64,000 nt of DNA from Lama guanicoe (lineage: Eukaryota). This document shows, in pieces, positions 26,409 to 39,245 of this stretch. The notes beneath the pieces are model-generated. The model saw only the letters and a list, made by a program, of their open reading frames with translations. It was not told the origin of the DNA and did no database searches. Made by a program: the position numbers and the translations under genes. Every line of letters starts with the position of its first letter. Position 1 is the first letter of the stretch. The DNA is taken from assembly GCA_013239625.1 (NCBI GenBank), contig MU054001.1, forward strand, positions 1,615,884 to 1,679,883, written 5' to 3'.

Positions 26409-27763
26409 AAACAAACATGCAACAACGACACAAACAGAAGGTTGGAAGGGAGCAAGTCTGAAAAGTCAGGACTCAAATGAATGCTATCTGGGAAAAAGGC
26501 ACACCACCTCCAAGCATGGGAGCATTCTGGGAGGACGCAGGTGGGGACTTTCCTTCTCCAGTTCTGTGTATCTACAGAGAGAACGTGTGTCACTACTAGT
26601 CTCTGAGCATGACGTTTTCAAGATTCAACAATGTTCAAGACAAACGTTTGTGGAGCTCTGTCAGGCCCAGACCTGTGGACAGAAAGATCATCCTACTTAG
26701 CTTGCCTTTTAGTGGCTCACAGCATTTAACACTCAATTTGACACTTCTTAAGGTTCCCTCCAGCCCTCTGCGTGAAGTTCAAGTGTTTGAAAAATATAAG
26801 GCAACACTAACCTGGGAGGAAACAAAGATTTGGGTGCTCCTGGGTATTTCACAGGTTATCGTCAAAACCAACTATGCAATACTCAAGACCAATTAACCAC
26901 GATCTTTCACTCAGCACTTTAGGAAACAATGAAAAGAAACCAAGTCGAGAATTCTAGGACTTGAGTCTTCCCACAAACCATCTCTTGGACAATAATTCAT
27001 TTCCACCACCAGCTGTGTGATTCTGCCTGAGTCCCATTTTCCTCACAGTAAATGGAGGGGGTGTGGAGTGGCCAAAACAGGGCTTATAACATTGCACTTG
27101 TCAACCTCCAAGACCCCATCCAGCTCCAGCGATCTGTAATTTCAGGACCCTGAGACATACAAACACACCGCTTGGGTTGCAAATCCTGGAATTCTGTCTA
27201 TTTCGTGGTTTGCTGGCTGAAGAGAAGTTTCAAAAAGCTGCTATTTGTGATGGACTCCACACAGTCTTTAATAATTAAAAAGTGGAGCGGAGCTGGTGTT
27301 GACCAAGATGCAAAACAAAATCCATTTATAAAAGAAATGGGCCCCATTCAAGGACATAAATCATTCTTCCTGCTAATATATTTCCTGCTATTCTTTCCCT
27401 GGAAGCTTTGTTGTTCATTTTTCTCGCCATCAATAAATAAGAATTGTTTGTTACAGATGTAACAATTCAGCGTTTTCCTTTCTAAACCATCATGCTCTAC
27501 AGTTAAGGGGCGCATATTCCTTCCACCTGTTCTGTCACTGGTGTTATTAAAGAAAAAAAAAAGCCTTTCCACTTGGGTTTATTCAGAGAGAGTTAACATC
27601 TGCTTTTACATGGAACTATTTAAAAGAAAAAGAGCAACATGGCCTGAAGCACTTCTAGCAAAGGGTGTGGAAGTATTTGATGTCCTGGTGCTTGTTCATA
27701 AAAGAATGTTGTTTTGAAATGTGCAGTGAAGTTGGGGAAGAGAGATTCAAAGAAAGTTCCCAT

Positions 27764-28286
27764 TGAGACAAAATAAAATCAACCCACACACTCTCCCCGC
27801 AACACTTCCCTCTTGGACCACTGGGCCCCTTGGCTCTGTGCCCACCATCGTGCCCAGGGAGGCTCCTGCCCTGCTGCCTGCAGTGATGTGTGAACATGGG
27901 CTTGTCCCAGTCAGGGCACTGATAAAGGTCATTCGTATATCGAGACCCACAGAACAGAGGCCACCCCCGTGGCCCAGAACACGCCTCACCGTCTCAGGAA
28001 ACCTAACATACACCAGTCACGGTCCTCCAGCCTGGCTGCAGCTAGCTCACTTTACCCTACAAAATAGGACCCGCTCGCCTTATTATAAGGAAACCCCAGA
28101 CATCCTAGTCAGTCATGCCCTATCTCCACGTCACCTCTTCTAACATCCAGAAAACTCCCTGTTGCCCAAAATCCCTTGCGAGGAGAGCTGGTAAGACACC
28201 ACCCTCCTCTCAATCCGTGGACTACTTTCCCATGAATAAAGGACATCACACTCGTTACTGAGTTGTTTAATTTTTGTCATTTGACA
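27764..28286 (+). mobile_element. Probable solo ERV LTR
   Basis: TG...CA termini (TGAGAC.../...TTTGACA), TATAA at 28084 and AATAAA at 28235 in LTR order. Family not recognised; no clear TSD. Confidence 0.5.
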
Positions 28287-28448
28287 GCAGTCTCAGCCGG
28301 GAGGAGAGATGTTTATCAAAGGTGAACCGGAGTCTCTGAAGGTGCCCTGCTGGAGTGGATCACCCAGGTGCGGCCCTCTCCTCGGAACCCACAGGTTTGT
28401 GGATTACTCTTTTCTTTAAAACCAAATAAAATATCCTGAGCCCCCAGG

Positions 28449-28849
28449 CAGGGCTAGGACCAAGGTGAGGGAGGGACTCGCCCTGGGCACAGCATTTCAG
28501 GCTGTGCCAAAAACTCAGCCATCAAGATCAGTCCTATTTTAATGCCATGTTTTAAGAATCATGAATTAATGCAAAAGAAAATCCATGATGAATAAACTAT
28601 CAACATTTTAAATAAAGGCAAGACCCACAGGAATGCATTGTTCATATTCCTGAGGCAAAAAGGAATAATCAGTAATATACTGGCCCTGTCTTTACTTAAA
28701 TGTTTGCTATTTTGTTCATCATAGATTTTGGTATTTTGATTTTTTTCATGTTGCATTAAAACATGATTTATCTGGATGGCTGAGTTTGGAGGCGCACCTG
28801 AAATGTGCCTGAGGTGGTGCCTCGCTCCCCTCGCCCTGTCCCAGCCCTG
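28449..28849. mobile_element. MER96B-like hAT MITE with long terminal inverted repeats
   Basis: Starts CAGGGCTAGGAC, ends GTCCCAGCCCTG; internal inverted similarity (aaaatccatgatgaataaa / ttttgttcatcatagatttt; taaataaaggcaagacc / ggccctgtctttactta). Confidence 0.8.
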
Positions 28850-29989
28850 AGCCCCACGCTCTGCAGTAACAGGACGGGCCTCCCATCCACCCTCCACGCT
28901 TTCAAGAGTCACCTTTCCCAGATGGTGGAGGAGGACAGGGTTGGTCAGTGGGCCCGCAGCCAGTCCTTCTGTTGTTACTCACCTCCTCCTGTCCCTCTGG
29001 CCCAGCCTCGGACCCCTTGTGCACGTCACTGCCTGGATTCGCACCGGCATTTCCCCAGCATGCTATTTGTATGTGGCCAACTTTTGCTTACTTTAAGGTC
29101 CTAGGGAGAGAGGATCAGGGAGGCAGCAGGGAATCACAGTTAATAATCACTGCACTGGCAGAAAACCCTAAACTGGAAGCTTCTAGTCCTCAGTTTTCCT
29201 CCGTCTTATCAGCCATTGCCTGCCACAGACCCTCCACAGGTCCTAGCAACATAAGACAGTATTGGGGGCTGGTTTTCTAGGACCCCAAACTCCTCACGAT
29301 CTCAGCAGATCACTCCATAAATGCTTTCACCTGTCTAGGGTGCACAGGTGAACTCTTCTTTTTCTAAACCTCCTCATCTAGGCCATGCCCTGGGGGCAGA
29401 TGCCTTTCCCATTGGAGCAGGCCCGTGAAAGGGGGTCTCTCCAAGTACCAGAAGCTTTTTCCCTCTGTGTGGGATTCTCCCAAAGGACCAACTGCAACTG
29501 CAGCAACTTTTACACCACCCTTCTTTTATCCCTCCCCATCAAATACAGGATTGAATGGCCTGTGCACAGGTCTGAGAGTCAGCTGTGGTACTGAGGGCTG
29601 TGTCTTTTTCATCTCTGTCCTCAGCTCCCCCAGCTGGGCCTGGCTTGGGGCAAACGCAGGATGAAGGTGCTCAGAGCTGCCACGCCCACCGGTGCTGGGG
29701 CGCCCGGGGGAGTGGGAAATTAGGCCCAAGCCCGCGGCTGCCATGATGCTCATTCTGTGAGTTCTTCAGTTCCAGAGCCCCCAGGGCCTTCCAGGAAGAA
29801 TCTAGTTCCACACCCTCCCCCCTGAGTATTGCTGTGCCCCAGCCCTGCCCTCCCCGGCACATCAAGTCCCCTCCGCAGAAGATGCTTATCTCCTGATTCC
29901 ACAGCACAAAGCCAAAGCCCCGAGTCTGCGCAGGTCAGAGGAGAAGCCACACGAGCCTGGCTCCGAATCCCAGCTCCCCCGAGCCCTGG

Positions 29990-30150
29990 CTGCACAACAG
30001 GTGCCCGTTTCACCGTCTCCCCAGGCCTCAGTTCCTCCTCTGCAGAGTGAGGATCATAAATAGTACGACCTCTGTTGTCATTGCCTTGGGGCTTAAACGA
30101 GCTACCCCACGCTAAGCGCTCAGGACCACGGGGCACACAGGTCAGCACTC
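29990..30150 (+). mobile_element. MIR fragment
   Basis: ggcctcagttcctcctctgcagagtgaggatcataaatagtacgacctc...gcacacaggtcagcactca. Confidence 0.6.
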
Positions 30151-33100
30151 AGGGCACATCAGCCACTCCCATTATCTCCTGGCCTGGGGTCGGTTTGTTT
30201 TTCAGGGTAACAAGGCAAACAGAGTAGCTTAGTGTGCCTGAGACCCTGGGCTGGGGGTGCTCTCCCATTCACCCTTAGTTGCACGGGTCCTCTCCATTTC
30301 CAGCAGCACTGAAGGGATGGGGAGGCCCCTGGACAAAAAGATCCCTCTGCTCCAGAGAAGCATCTTGAGGTTTTCAAGTGTAAATGACCTTTAAGGACGG
30401 AGCAGTGGGAGTCAAGTGTGCACGCACATCACTTGAAACAGATCTCTGTCTTCAGAGGCAAACCCCAAACTCCCTCCCGCAGGCTGGGCCTGGAATGGAG
30501 TCTGTCTAGTGATAGTAATGCAAAGAGGCAGAGAGCCTGCCTTCTTAAGTGTTTGCATAAAACTTGGGCTTTAGAACATTCTTCTGTTTGTTTCCAGAGA
30601 AAAAACCTTTGTGGGTGTGCTGGGTCAAGAATGCCTTTTCAAAGCATGCCTCCCACCCCAACGGAAGAGTGCCCCCCAGGAGGGCTGGGTTCCTGCAGAA
30701 TACTTCGCAGTAGGAGGGAAAGGGGACCACTCCGTGTCTGTCCTCCAGCTCAGTGAGAATTCTTTGACTTGCTTAAGCCCTGGAGACCAGCTCCGGCTGT
30801 TCGATCCACCCCATGTTCTATCCCCAGCCCTACCTTCCTGCCCCCCATTGGCTTGAAAGATTATATCAGAGTCCAGAGCCTCCACATGGGCCCCCAAAGG
30901 AACAGCTGAGACTCAGCCAGCCAGCACCATCACCTCCCAGGCAGAAACAGGACCCCAAGATGCAGGCTGACATAAGCCCTACAAAACTCACTGGAGCCAG
31001 CTGGCCTCACCTACCCCAGAACCAAATGCCAGGAAACTCCAGCTGGCCCGCCAAGTCCCCAGGACTGCGGGATGGAGGACTTGCTGACATGTGTCTTTGT
31101 CCTGCCTTGCTCAGCTCTCCCACCCTCCCTGCCTGCACTGAGCACCGCAGCTCAGCAGAGCCGGCTGAGTTTACGCAGCTCCTCACATAAGCCTGGGAGA
31201 GCTGCTCCAGTGGACCGCTGGTTTCCTGCAATACCCCTTCTCTGCATGTTGCTGGGAATACACTGGATGGTCTTGGATCCAAGCAGCCATCCCGTGACCT
31301 GCTTCTTCTCAGAAAGGACAGAGAGGTCTAGTCTTCCAACCAGAGGCCATGGCTCACTTCCTGGTGAAAGCCGGGCTCTGTGGTCTCCCAGGATGCACTC
31401 TGTTTTCCTCCCCTCCTCTTCCCGAGGGGATGCACCATCACAGCTTCTGTGACCCAAACAGATCAGGACCACCTGAGGCCCCAGGCTGCCATCAGTATCA
31501 CAGCCCATCTGTATCATGTGCAACAACCGAGAGCGATTGAGAAGCAAAATCTTCATCGGAGTCCCCAGGAAAACGGCCAAAGAGATTCCAGCCTTACCCA
31601 CAGCAAAACTTCCCGCTACTCATTCCTCTATCTCTCTTCCCCTCCCACACCCCACCCTCCCATCCCTGGCCAAGTCCCCACACACCAAAACTGCCTTAAG
31701 TCTCTTCTTTCTCCTCTCTCCACTCTCAAAACCTCTCCCCCTACCTCGCCAGATCTGCTTCCACGGATCCAGTCTTCCCTTCCACCAGAAGAATCTTTCC
31801 TTTAAAATCTCCCTATTACAGGCTGCTTCTGCAGCTAAGTCTAATCCCTGTATCAAAAGGCTCAAGAGCCTTGACTGCAAGCACCGAATTTTCCAGCTCC
31901 CACCCCGTGACTCCCGTCTGATGTGAATGACCTTGCCTGTCTTCACTGCTGACACCCCCTAACCTGTCATGTGCAAGCACATTTTTTAATGATGCACCTT
32001 AATTCTGGAAACTTACCGAAGGTCAGTCATTTACTGAACCATTGAAAATCTCTGTGCTAGAGCAATTTGCACTTGTATTTGCAAGGAAAACAACTAGCCC
32101 AGCAGACAGCCTTTTATGGCTTTTCTCCATTAACTCAAGCAGGTAAAAAGAAAGCACCACCAACCATATACAAGTCCTACTGGTCTTTCTCCCTCTACCA
32201 AAGAAAATGAAAGAAAAAAAAAAAAGAAAAGAAACACCTGTACCACCCTACTTCCCACCCATGGCTCAGACCCAGTCTCACTTGAAGAGTTTTGGGAGCC
32301 ACGGCATCAGTGAGGAAGGGGGACGCTCCAGGACTGAAAATTTCCATGGCCCAGATCATCAAAGTCCAGCGTTCCTGTGAGTTTTGACTTGAGCTGAGGT
32401 CAGTGCAGGACAAGGGCGGGAAATGCGCTTAAACGCTGACTGCCTGGAAGGTCTTTTCCATTTTGTAGTGTCGGCCATGGGTCAGACCGTCTCAGAGAAT
32501 AAGCTGTAAGTGGAGGTGAGTCTTTCCATATGTCTCGCATGAAAATTGAAAATGATCAGCTAATCTAGTCCAGAATCCCTGCGAAATGTTTTTATTGTTC
32601 CTAAAAAGAAAAGGAAAAATGTAAGCCGGGTTGAATGTCACGGGGTTTCTAATCCAAATGAACAAAGCAGGAGAACTCACCCCTGAAATTAAGTTAAAGA
32701 GAGATCTCAGGGGGCGACAGTAGGGCTGTGAGCCCCAGTGGACACTTAATGAGCACAATCTGATGAAGATGATGGTATACTATAGCCGCAGGAATTCCAA
32801 AACTTCCCATTGTCTGATGGGAAGACAGAGGCTGGTGCTGAGAGATCATTTAAGATAATTTTCTCTGTACTTACTATGGGATTTGATGTATATGGTACAA
32901 GAAGTGTTGGGGAAAATAATGGACAGCAATTTCCCTCCCAGGGCTGGCACCACACAGTGGAGTAGCTGACAATATTCCTCTTTTCCCTTCCCCTCAGTAC
33001 AGCCATTCCCACAGACATGTGAAATTCCACCGTTAGAGATTCTTTCCTTTGTATTAAACATAGTTAACAATCATGGGTGAAGAACACATTTCTTCCAAAT

Positions 33101-33234
33101 CCCCCAAAGACTAAGATATACATTTTATTTCCAGCCAATTATTGTGGTGCTTCTCCAGGAGACTATGGGTTATTTAGTTTCAGAATGACTCAGGTAATTT
33201 TTTTTATTTCTAATTACAAAAGTGACACATGCAG

Positions 33235-33430
33235 TACTGAGTGAAATGATATAATATCTTGGATTTGCTTTAAAACAAGACAAAAGGTGGGACAGTAGGC
33301 GGGGATATATATGAAACAAGACTGGCTATGAGCTGATCACAGCTGAAACTGAGTGATGTGTATGTGGGAGTTTATTATCCCATATTCTCTACTCATACAT
33401 GTTTGAAATTTTCCATAACAAAATATTTTT
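33235..33430 (+). mobile_element. Old L1 (L1MC/ME-like) 3' UTR fragment
   Basis: gaaatgatataatatcttggatttgctttaaaa...atgtttgaaattttccataa. Confidence 0.7.
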
Positions 33431-34807
33431 AGAAAGGAAAACAATAAGACCACAATAAAAAATTAGCATATTTTTGTTGCATAATATCCAAAAATTATAA
33501 AAAATATTTGACTGGGAAAGCTAGTCATCTCCTGCTTTTGTCTCCAGTAGGTCAGTTGCATCATCAGTTTTTGAAGCCCCCAAATATTGCTGAGCTTACT
33601 TTTTTAAACTCCTCTTGCAAATTTTATGAATTGGCTTCAGAGCACTATTAGTGTAATAAAATATTTCTTGAAAATGTATTATAGAAATCCTATCCCCCAT
33701 CCCCACCCAGAGATTACTGCTATAAACAGCTGGTGTCTGTTCTACTGGATTTTTTTTTCAATCCTAGAATTTGAAAGTCAAAAAGAACTTTAGAAGCTCT
33801 CTAAGGAGGTCCAGTGTTTTCTCCTGTGAGGGAGCTGAGGGCCGGAGAGGGCAAATGAGTGTGAGGCCGGGTCCAAACTGGAGTCCAGGTCTCCCGCCTC
33901 GCGGTCAGCCTCCCCTGAACCTCACAAGAGGTGGTTTTACAGAACACACTTTGTTACTTCCCTAGGTCATAGTCTTTCTATATTGAGAAGGAAGAGACAT
34001 GACAGTCAATTCAAAAGGATAAGGGCTTTCCATCCCAGACAGGAAGTTGATTCCACAGAGCTCCGTGATTAAGGCAGGAAACCAGCTCCCACTTCCTCCA
34101 TTTGGGGGCTGAAAATGCTGTCTGTGCTCTTTGCAGAGATCAGAGTGTAACTCCCGTCCCTACCACAACCCCTGGGCATACATGAACAGTCCAGTTAGCA
34201 GCTGTACCAACTACTAGCTTAAAACCTGTTGAAACAGAGAAGTTTAATTGGGAAGGAAAAGAAAATTCCAGCCCTACCTCCCAGTACCTTTTCATGGATG
34301 AGGACGAGCAAAAATAAGCCCTAGGTAAACCTGAAGGTAAACCTCGGGGCATCATCCCCCTGGACAGAGAGGTGAATGGCCAGGGTGCTGTCAGTCTTGC
34401 CCACGGGCCACTTCTTACATGCACACAATCAGACTTCCCAGCAGAGTCCAAGGCTGTGTCAACCCCCAAGCCCCGAGGAAGTCAGTAAAGTCAGAAAAGG
34501 GCCATCAAGCTCTGAGTTGCAAAGGCCACCCTAGAGGTCGCCTCATGTCCCACCTCAACCCCACATCATATCAAAGCCACCCCAAATACATATCCATGTC
34601 TCCCCTCTTAAGACCCAAAAGAACCTAAAATTTTCTTCATTCACTTACTATCCTTAACAAGCCATCATGATAGGAGATTCTCCATGTGCGACCTACAGGC
34701 TTTGTAGGATGGACAGGGCACAAAAGGCATTTTTATAGAGAGTGCATTTCAACATTTCGCTCAAAGTTGCCACAAACAGCAGCGCTCACTGGCCGTAATA
34801 ATCCAGC

Positions 34808-35140
34808 TATTAGTTTCCTATTGCTCCTACAGCAGATCACTCCAACATAGTGACTTAAAACCATCCCAACTTACTGTCTCATAGTTGTGGTGAAATCACA
34901 ACTCCAGGAGGGCTTGATTAGGGTCGTCTGCTCCAAGTTTCCCAAGACCAAAGCCAAGGTATCGATCGGCCTGGGTTCTCACCTGGAGACTTTGAGAAGA
35001 ATCCTCTCCCAAGCTCATTCAGTTGGCAGAATTCAGTTCCTTGCGAGCGTAGGGCTGAGGTCCCTGTCTCCCTGCCGGCCATCAGCTGGGGGCTGCGCTC
35101 AGCTCCTTAAGGCCACCTGCCTTTCCTGTCTTATTGCCAG
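34808..35140 (-). mobile_element. MLT1 LTR fragment
   Basis: tattagtttcctattgct...gttggcagaattcagttccttgcgagcgtagggctgaggtccc. Confidence 0.75.
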
Positions 35141-35566
35141 GTGAACAGAATCTGCTCAACAAGCCTCCCTGGTGGGAGACACTGGTGGATGGGATGCCAC
35201 AAGCCGAGGAGGGTGCATTCCCTGCCTTCAAGCAGCTGAAACAGAGAGGGAGGCAGACGAGGAGGGACACAGGTGGAGGAGGCACTCACAAGCTCAGATG
35301 AAAAGAATGTGCAATTTTCCTCTTTCAACAAATCAATTTCATTGACAACACAAGCTCCCACTCCCTTTCTTCCTGGTTGTCCTGAATTTTTTGAAGGGGA
35401 GAGGGGCCTAATGAGGCACAGGCTCTGGGAAAGAGGGCATATCTGGCCCAGGGTGTTACCTGCGTGTGATGGAATCATCTGGGGGAGTTCCGCTCCCACG
35501 CTGGTGTCAGTCCCTGTGGCTTCCAACTGTATCATTCTCTGGTCCTTCCTAAGAGCCTGTTTTGAG

Positions 35567-35990
35567 TGTATTATTTGGGTTCCTCTAGAATCAAACCACA
35601 AGCTAGCTTATTTGGAGGCGATCCCCCAAACCAGCCTGGGAGCACAGGAGTGAGACAGGGAAGGGAGGGAAGCTGCCACACAGCGTATTATCACCTGTAC
35701 CTGTTGGGCAGATGGGGCTCAGCCTGGCTGGAGAACTCTGGGAAACAGTGTAGAGTGATCCCACGTGAGGGACAAGGGAGCTGGGGTATCGATCCACCAG
35801 CTCCACTAGTCACAAGGCCAGGGCTTCTATAGCGTCAATCTCCCTGCACTTTGACTTGCCATGTGCATGGGCAGAGCAACCAGAAAAATCCTTCTGGCAA
35901 AGAGACGTATGGGCTGGCAGCTGACAGGCCAGCAAGCAAGGAGGAGGTACCAAGGGCCACAGAGGCCAGGGGGCACCCACTGATTCTGCT
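35567..35990 (-). mobile_element. ERVL LTR (LTR33/LTR16-like) fragment
   Basis: tgtattatttgggttcctctagaa...tatttggaggcgatccc...ctgggaaacagtgtaga...agggagctggggtat. Confidence 0.5.
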
Positions 35991-38513
35991 TCACGGCCTG
36001 CCTCTGTGTCGCCGAGCCTCTGCTGTGCCAGGCTGGGAGACTGGAGACTCTGCAAGGCTATCTAAAGCCTTTTCTGCCCACACCCATCCTGTAGCTGGGT
36101 TGCCACTAGGCTCTCCAAGCTCACCCAGAAAGCCAAGCTCAGGGGCCCTCTGTTCTCACATCCAACAGAGCTGCCTGGGGAACACGCCCCTTCTCAAGGA
36201 CCCACCAGCTTCTAACTCCCATTTTCTTCACCTCTTCCTCTGCCCTCCCCCTGCCTGGCCAGAGGACCCGCCATCTCACCTCAGGGACGTGAAGATGCCC
36301 TCTTTCCCAAAAGGTAGTGACCTGAAGCTGTTGTTTTTACCAGGGAGTTCTCCACCCCCCACAGGGGATAGGAAGTCACCTTGGCAGCTCATGACCCTGG
36401 TAGGCAGCCCTCCTTCTCTTGCAGCAATGAGCCTGGAAAGAGTACACGAGGAAATACCGGAAAACCCTTTAAAGGATTATCTTATTACAGAGACGCGCAC
36501 CCCAGTAGCCAGAATCCAAGGCAAATCTCGTATGTGCCATCGTGAAGTCCTTCCACAGAAGTCAGATAAATGCTCATTGGAGGCAAGCAAAGGAGGCTGC
36601 ATGAAAGGTGGGAGCACGCAACGTGGTCCTGGAGGGAGGAGTGGAATCCCAGCCAGTGGAGGGGGGCTGTGAATCAAGGCAGGTGCATGGGGGCAGCCCG
36701 GGGCGGCCCACCTCCCTCCTGTGGCCTATGCTTAGGGCGCTGGGGCAAGGAGATCTATACTCCTAGGAATGTTGGGCCCAGGTGGGACTTCCCAGAATGA
36801 CAACAGGGCTGGGGCCATGGAATATTTGGGAGGAAAGAAGTGATATTTGGGAGGGCCAGTGGGATGAAATCGTGTGATGAATGTGAAATGGCCTTTGTCT
36901 CGAGACTCTGGCTTCAAGGATTTGTGCGTAGAGAGAGAAGGTGGGAAAGAGGAGAGAGGAGAAAGGCAAGGTGGGATGGAGAAAAGAGGAGGGGAAAAGA
37001 AGGCATGGGGGAGAAGAAATCAACAGAGGGAAGACAGGAGTCAGAAGAGTAAGAAATCTGAGAGATCAACCAAGTTAGAGAGGCTTTGGAAGCCAGATGA
37101 TTCAGGGGTCCTCCAGTTCATTAAGTCTGGGCTCCTGGGTAGGAAAGGGGAGGTAGCGCCCAGCCAGCTCACTGAGGCCCTGTCTGTGAGTGTGAAACCG
37201 CCCTGAGCCCCGCTCTGGCCAGGATGCTAGGTGAGGCCAGGTGAGGCCCGGGCCCCTTGGGTGAGTGGCTCTTGTGAAAAGAAGGTGAGAGATTGCAAAG
37301 AGCAGAACTGGGTCTGATTTTCTAAATGAATTCACCAGCCCAGGTGGGACTGACAGCCCGGGGATGCCCTGGAGCAGAGAGATTGTCAGGGAGGGAGGTG
37401 TGGGTAGGTGATAATTGCCGGGAGGATGGAAGCTGAATCCACCCCAAAGCTGGTATCTTGGCTTCTATAATCGCAGTCAGCTCTAGAGAAAATTAGAAGG
37501 TCTGCGTATGCTGGTTGTTCACACTCAGAAAAGAAAGCCGAAAAAGTTCCAAACATCTGGCTCTTATGACACAAAACCCCTACCCCGCGCACTGGGAGGC
37601 TATTTAGTAATGTTATGGCTCCATCTACAGCCTGAGGAAGGACCATCGCCCGAGATTTCTCTAGGAGCCACAGCCGGCCCACCAGCATCCCCAGCTCACT
37701 GCAATTAGTGCTAATAAAGCCCTTTCCCCTGTCTGTGTGTTTACTCAGCACAGACCTGGAACTAGCTGGAAGTTATTTATTTCAGGCTGCGTCTCCAACA
37801 GCATCTGCTCAGATTATTCTAGAAACCTTTCAGCCAAAATTGGCTTGGAGTTTCTATTTTAAACCACTGTTTGTTTTGAATTGAGTTAATTGGGGTTCCC
37901 CCATTCCTCCCATTTTAACAATGAAACAAATAAAAGCCCTCAAAGTAGCAAGATCGCATTTTCTTTCATTCATTTGACAGTCAGCTCCTCCCATGTTTGT
38001 TCCGTGACAAACACAAGGATAAGTCAGGTCTGAATGCATCACATAACATCAGAGAGAACTTTTGCTACTTCCTCTTGTTGGCCAGGATGTTTCCACACAG
38101 GTCAAGAAAGAGGAAAGGAGAAAGTCCAAGGTCACCAGTGGATGTAGAGCTTGGAACAACTTTGATACACAGGGAATATAAAATCCTTTGACTCATGACA
38201 AAATGGAGACTGGAAGTCAGTTCCATCACGTCAGTAAGATTTTGTTTTGTTCTATTTTTTTTTTCCTCTCAGAAGTGTCTAACTTTTTCCTAATTTAAAA
38301 AAATACAAAAATAACTAGTAGTTTTGTGCAGAAAACTTGGAAAATAAGACAAAAAGAAATTTAAAATTCTAAGGTGTTCATAGTCCCATCAACCAAAGAT
38401 AACCATTGTTAACTGTTTAAAGTGGCCCTGCACTATTTTTCTTTTTAAAACTGGTACTGAATTGTCACTAACCCAGAGGAGACGAACATTCTCCCATGTC
38501 ACTGTGTGTTCTT

Positions 38514-39245
38514 TTTTTTTCTGTGTATATCTATACACAGAAGTATAGTCAGTTTACAACATTGTGTCATTTTCTGGTGTACAGTACGATGCTTCAGTCA
38601 TACATGAATATACATATGTTTGTTTTCATATTCTTTTTTACCATAAGCTATAAGATATTGATATAGTTCCATGTGCTATACAGTATAAACTTATTTATCT
38701 ATTCTCTATATATTGGTATATGCAAATCTCTAACTCCCAATTTATCCCCTCCCATCCCCCTCTCCCCCCCACCCCGGTAATCACAAGTTTGTTGTCTATG
38801 TCTAAGAGTCTGTTTCAGTTTTGCAAATAAGTTTGTTTGTCTTTATTTTTAGATTCCACATGTAAGTGATATTATATAGTATTTTTCTTTCTCTTTCCGG
38901 TTTATTTCACTTAGAATGAAAATCTCCAGGTCCACCCATGTTGCTGGAAATGGCATTATTTTATTATTTTTCATAGCTGAGTAGTATTCCATTGTAGAAA
39001 TATACCACAACTTCTTTATCCAGTCACCTGTCGATGGACATTTAAGTTGCTTTCGTGTCTTGGCTATTGTAAACAGCGCTGCTATGAACATTGGGGTGCA
39101 TGTATCTCTTTGAATTAAGCTTCCCTCTGGATATATGCCCAGGAGTGGGATTGTTGGATCATATGATAAGCCTATTTTTAGTCTTTTGAGGAATCTCCAT
39201 GCTGTTATCCATAACAGCTGCACCAAACTACATTCCCACCAACAG
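38514..39245 (-). mobile_element. 5'-truncated L1 with perfect 17-bp TSD
   Basis: ORF 38849-39226 encodes the ORF2 C-terminus ([14 protein letters not shown]...[14 protein letters not shown]...). TSD tgtcactgtgtgttctt at 38497-38513 and 39246-39262. Confidence 0.95.

Noticed and set aside
35851..36672. 273-aa ORF on the + strand
   Set aside because: Non-ATG start, begins in LTR-like sequence, P/S/G-rich composition expected from GC-rich non-coding DNA, and no recognisable domain.
36930..37060. Purine-rich tract as a functional triplex or G4 element
   Set aside because: Low-complexity GA-rich sequence without a clean mirror repeat or regular G-runs.
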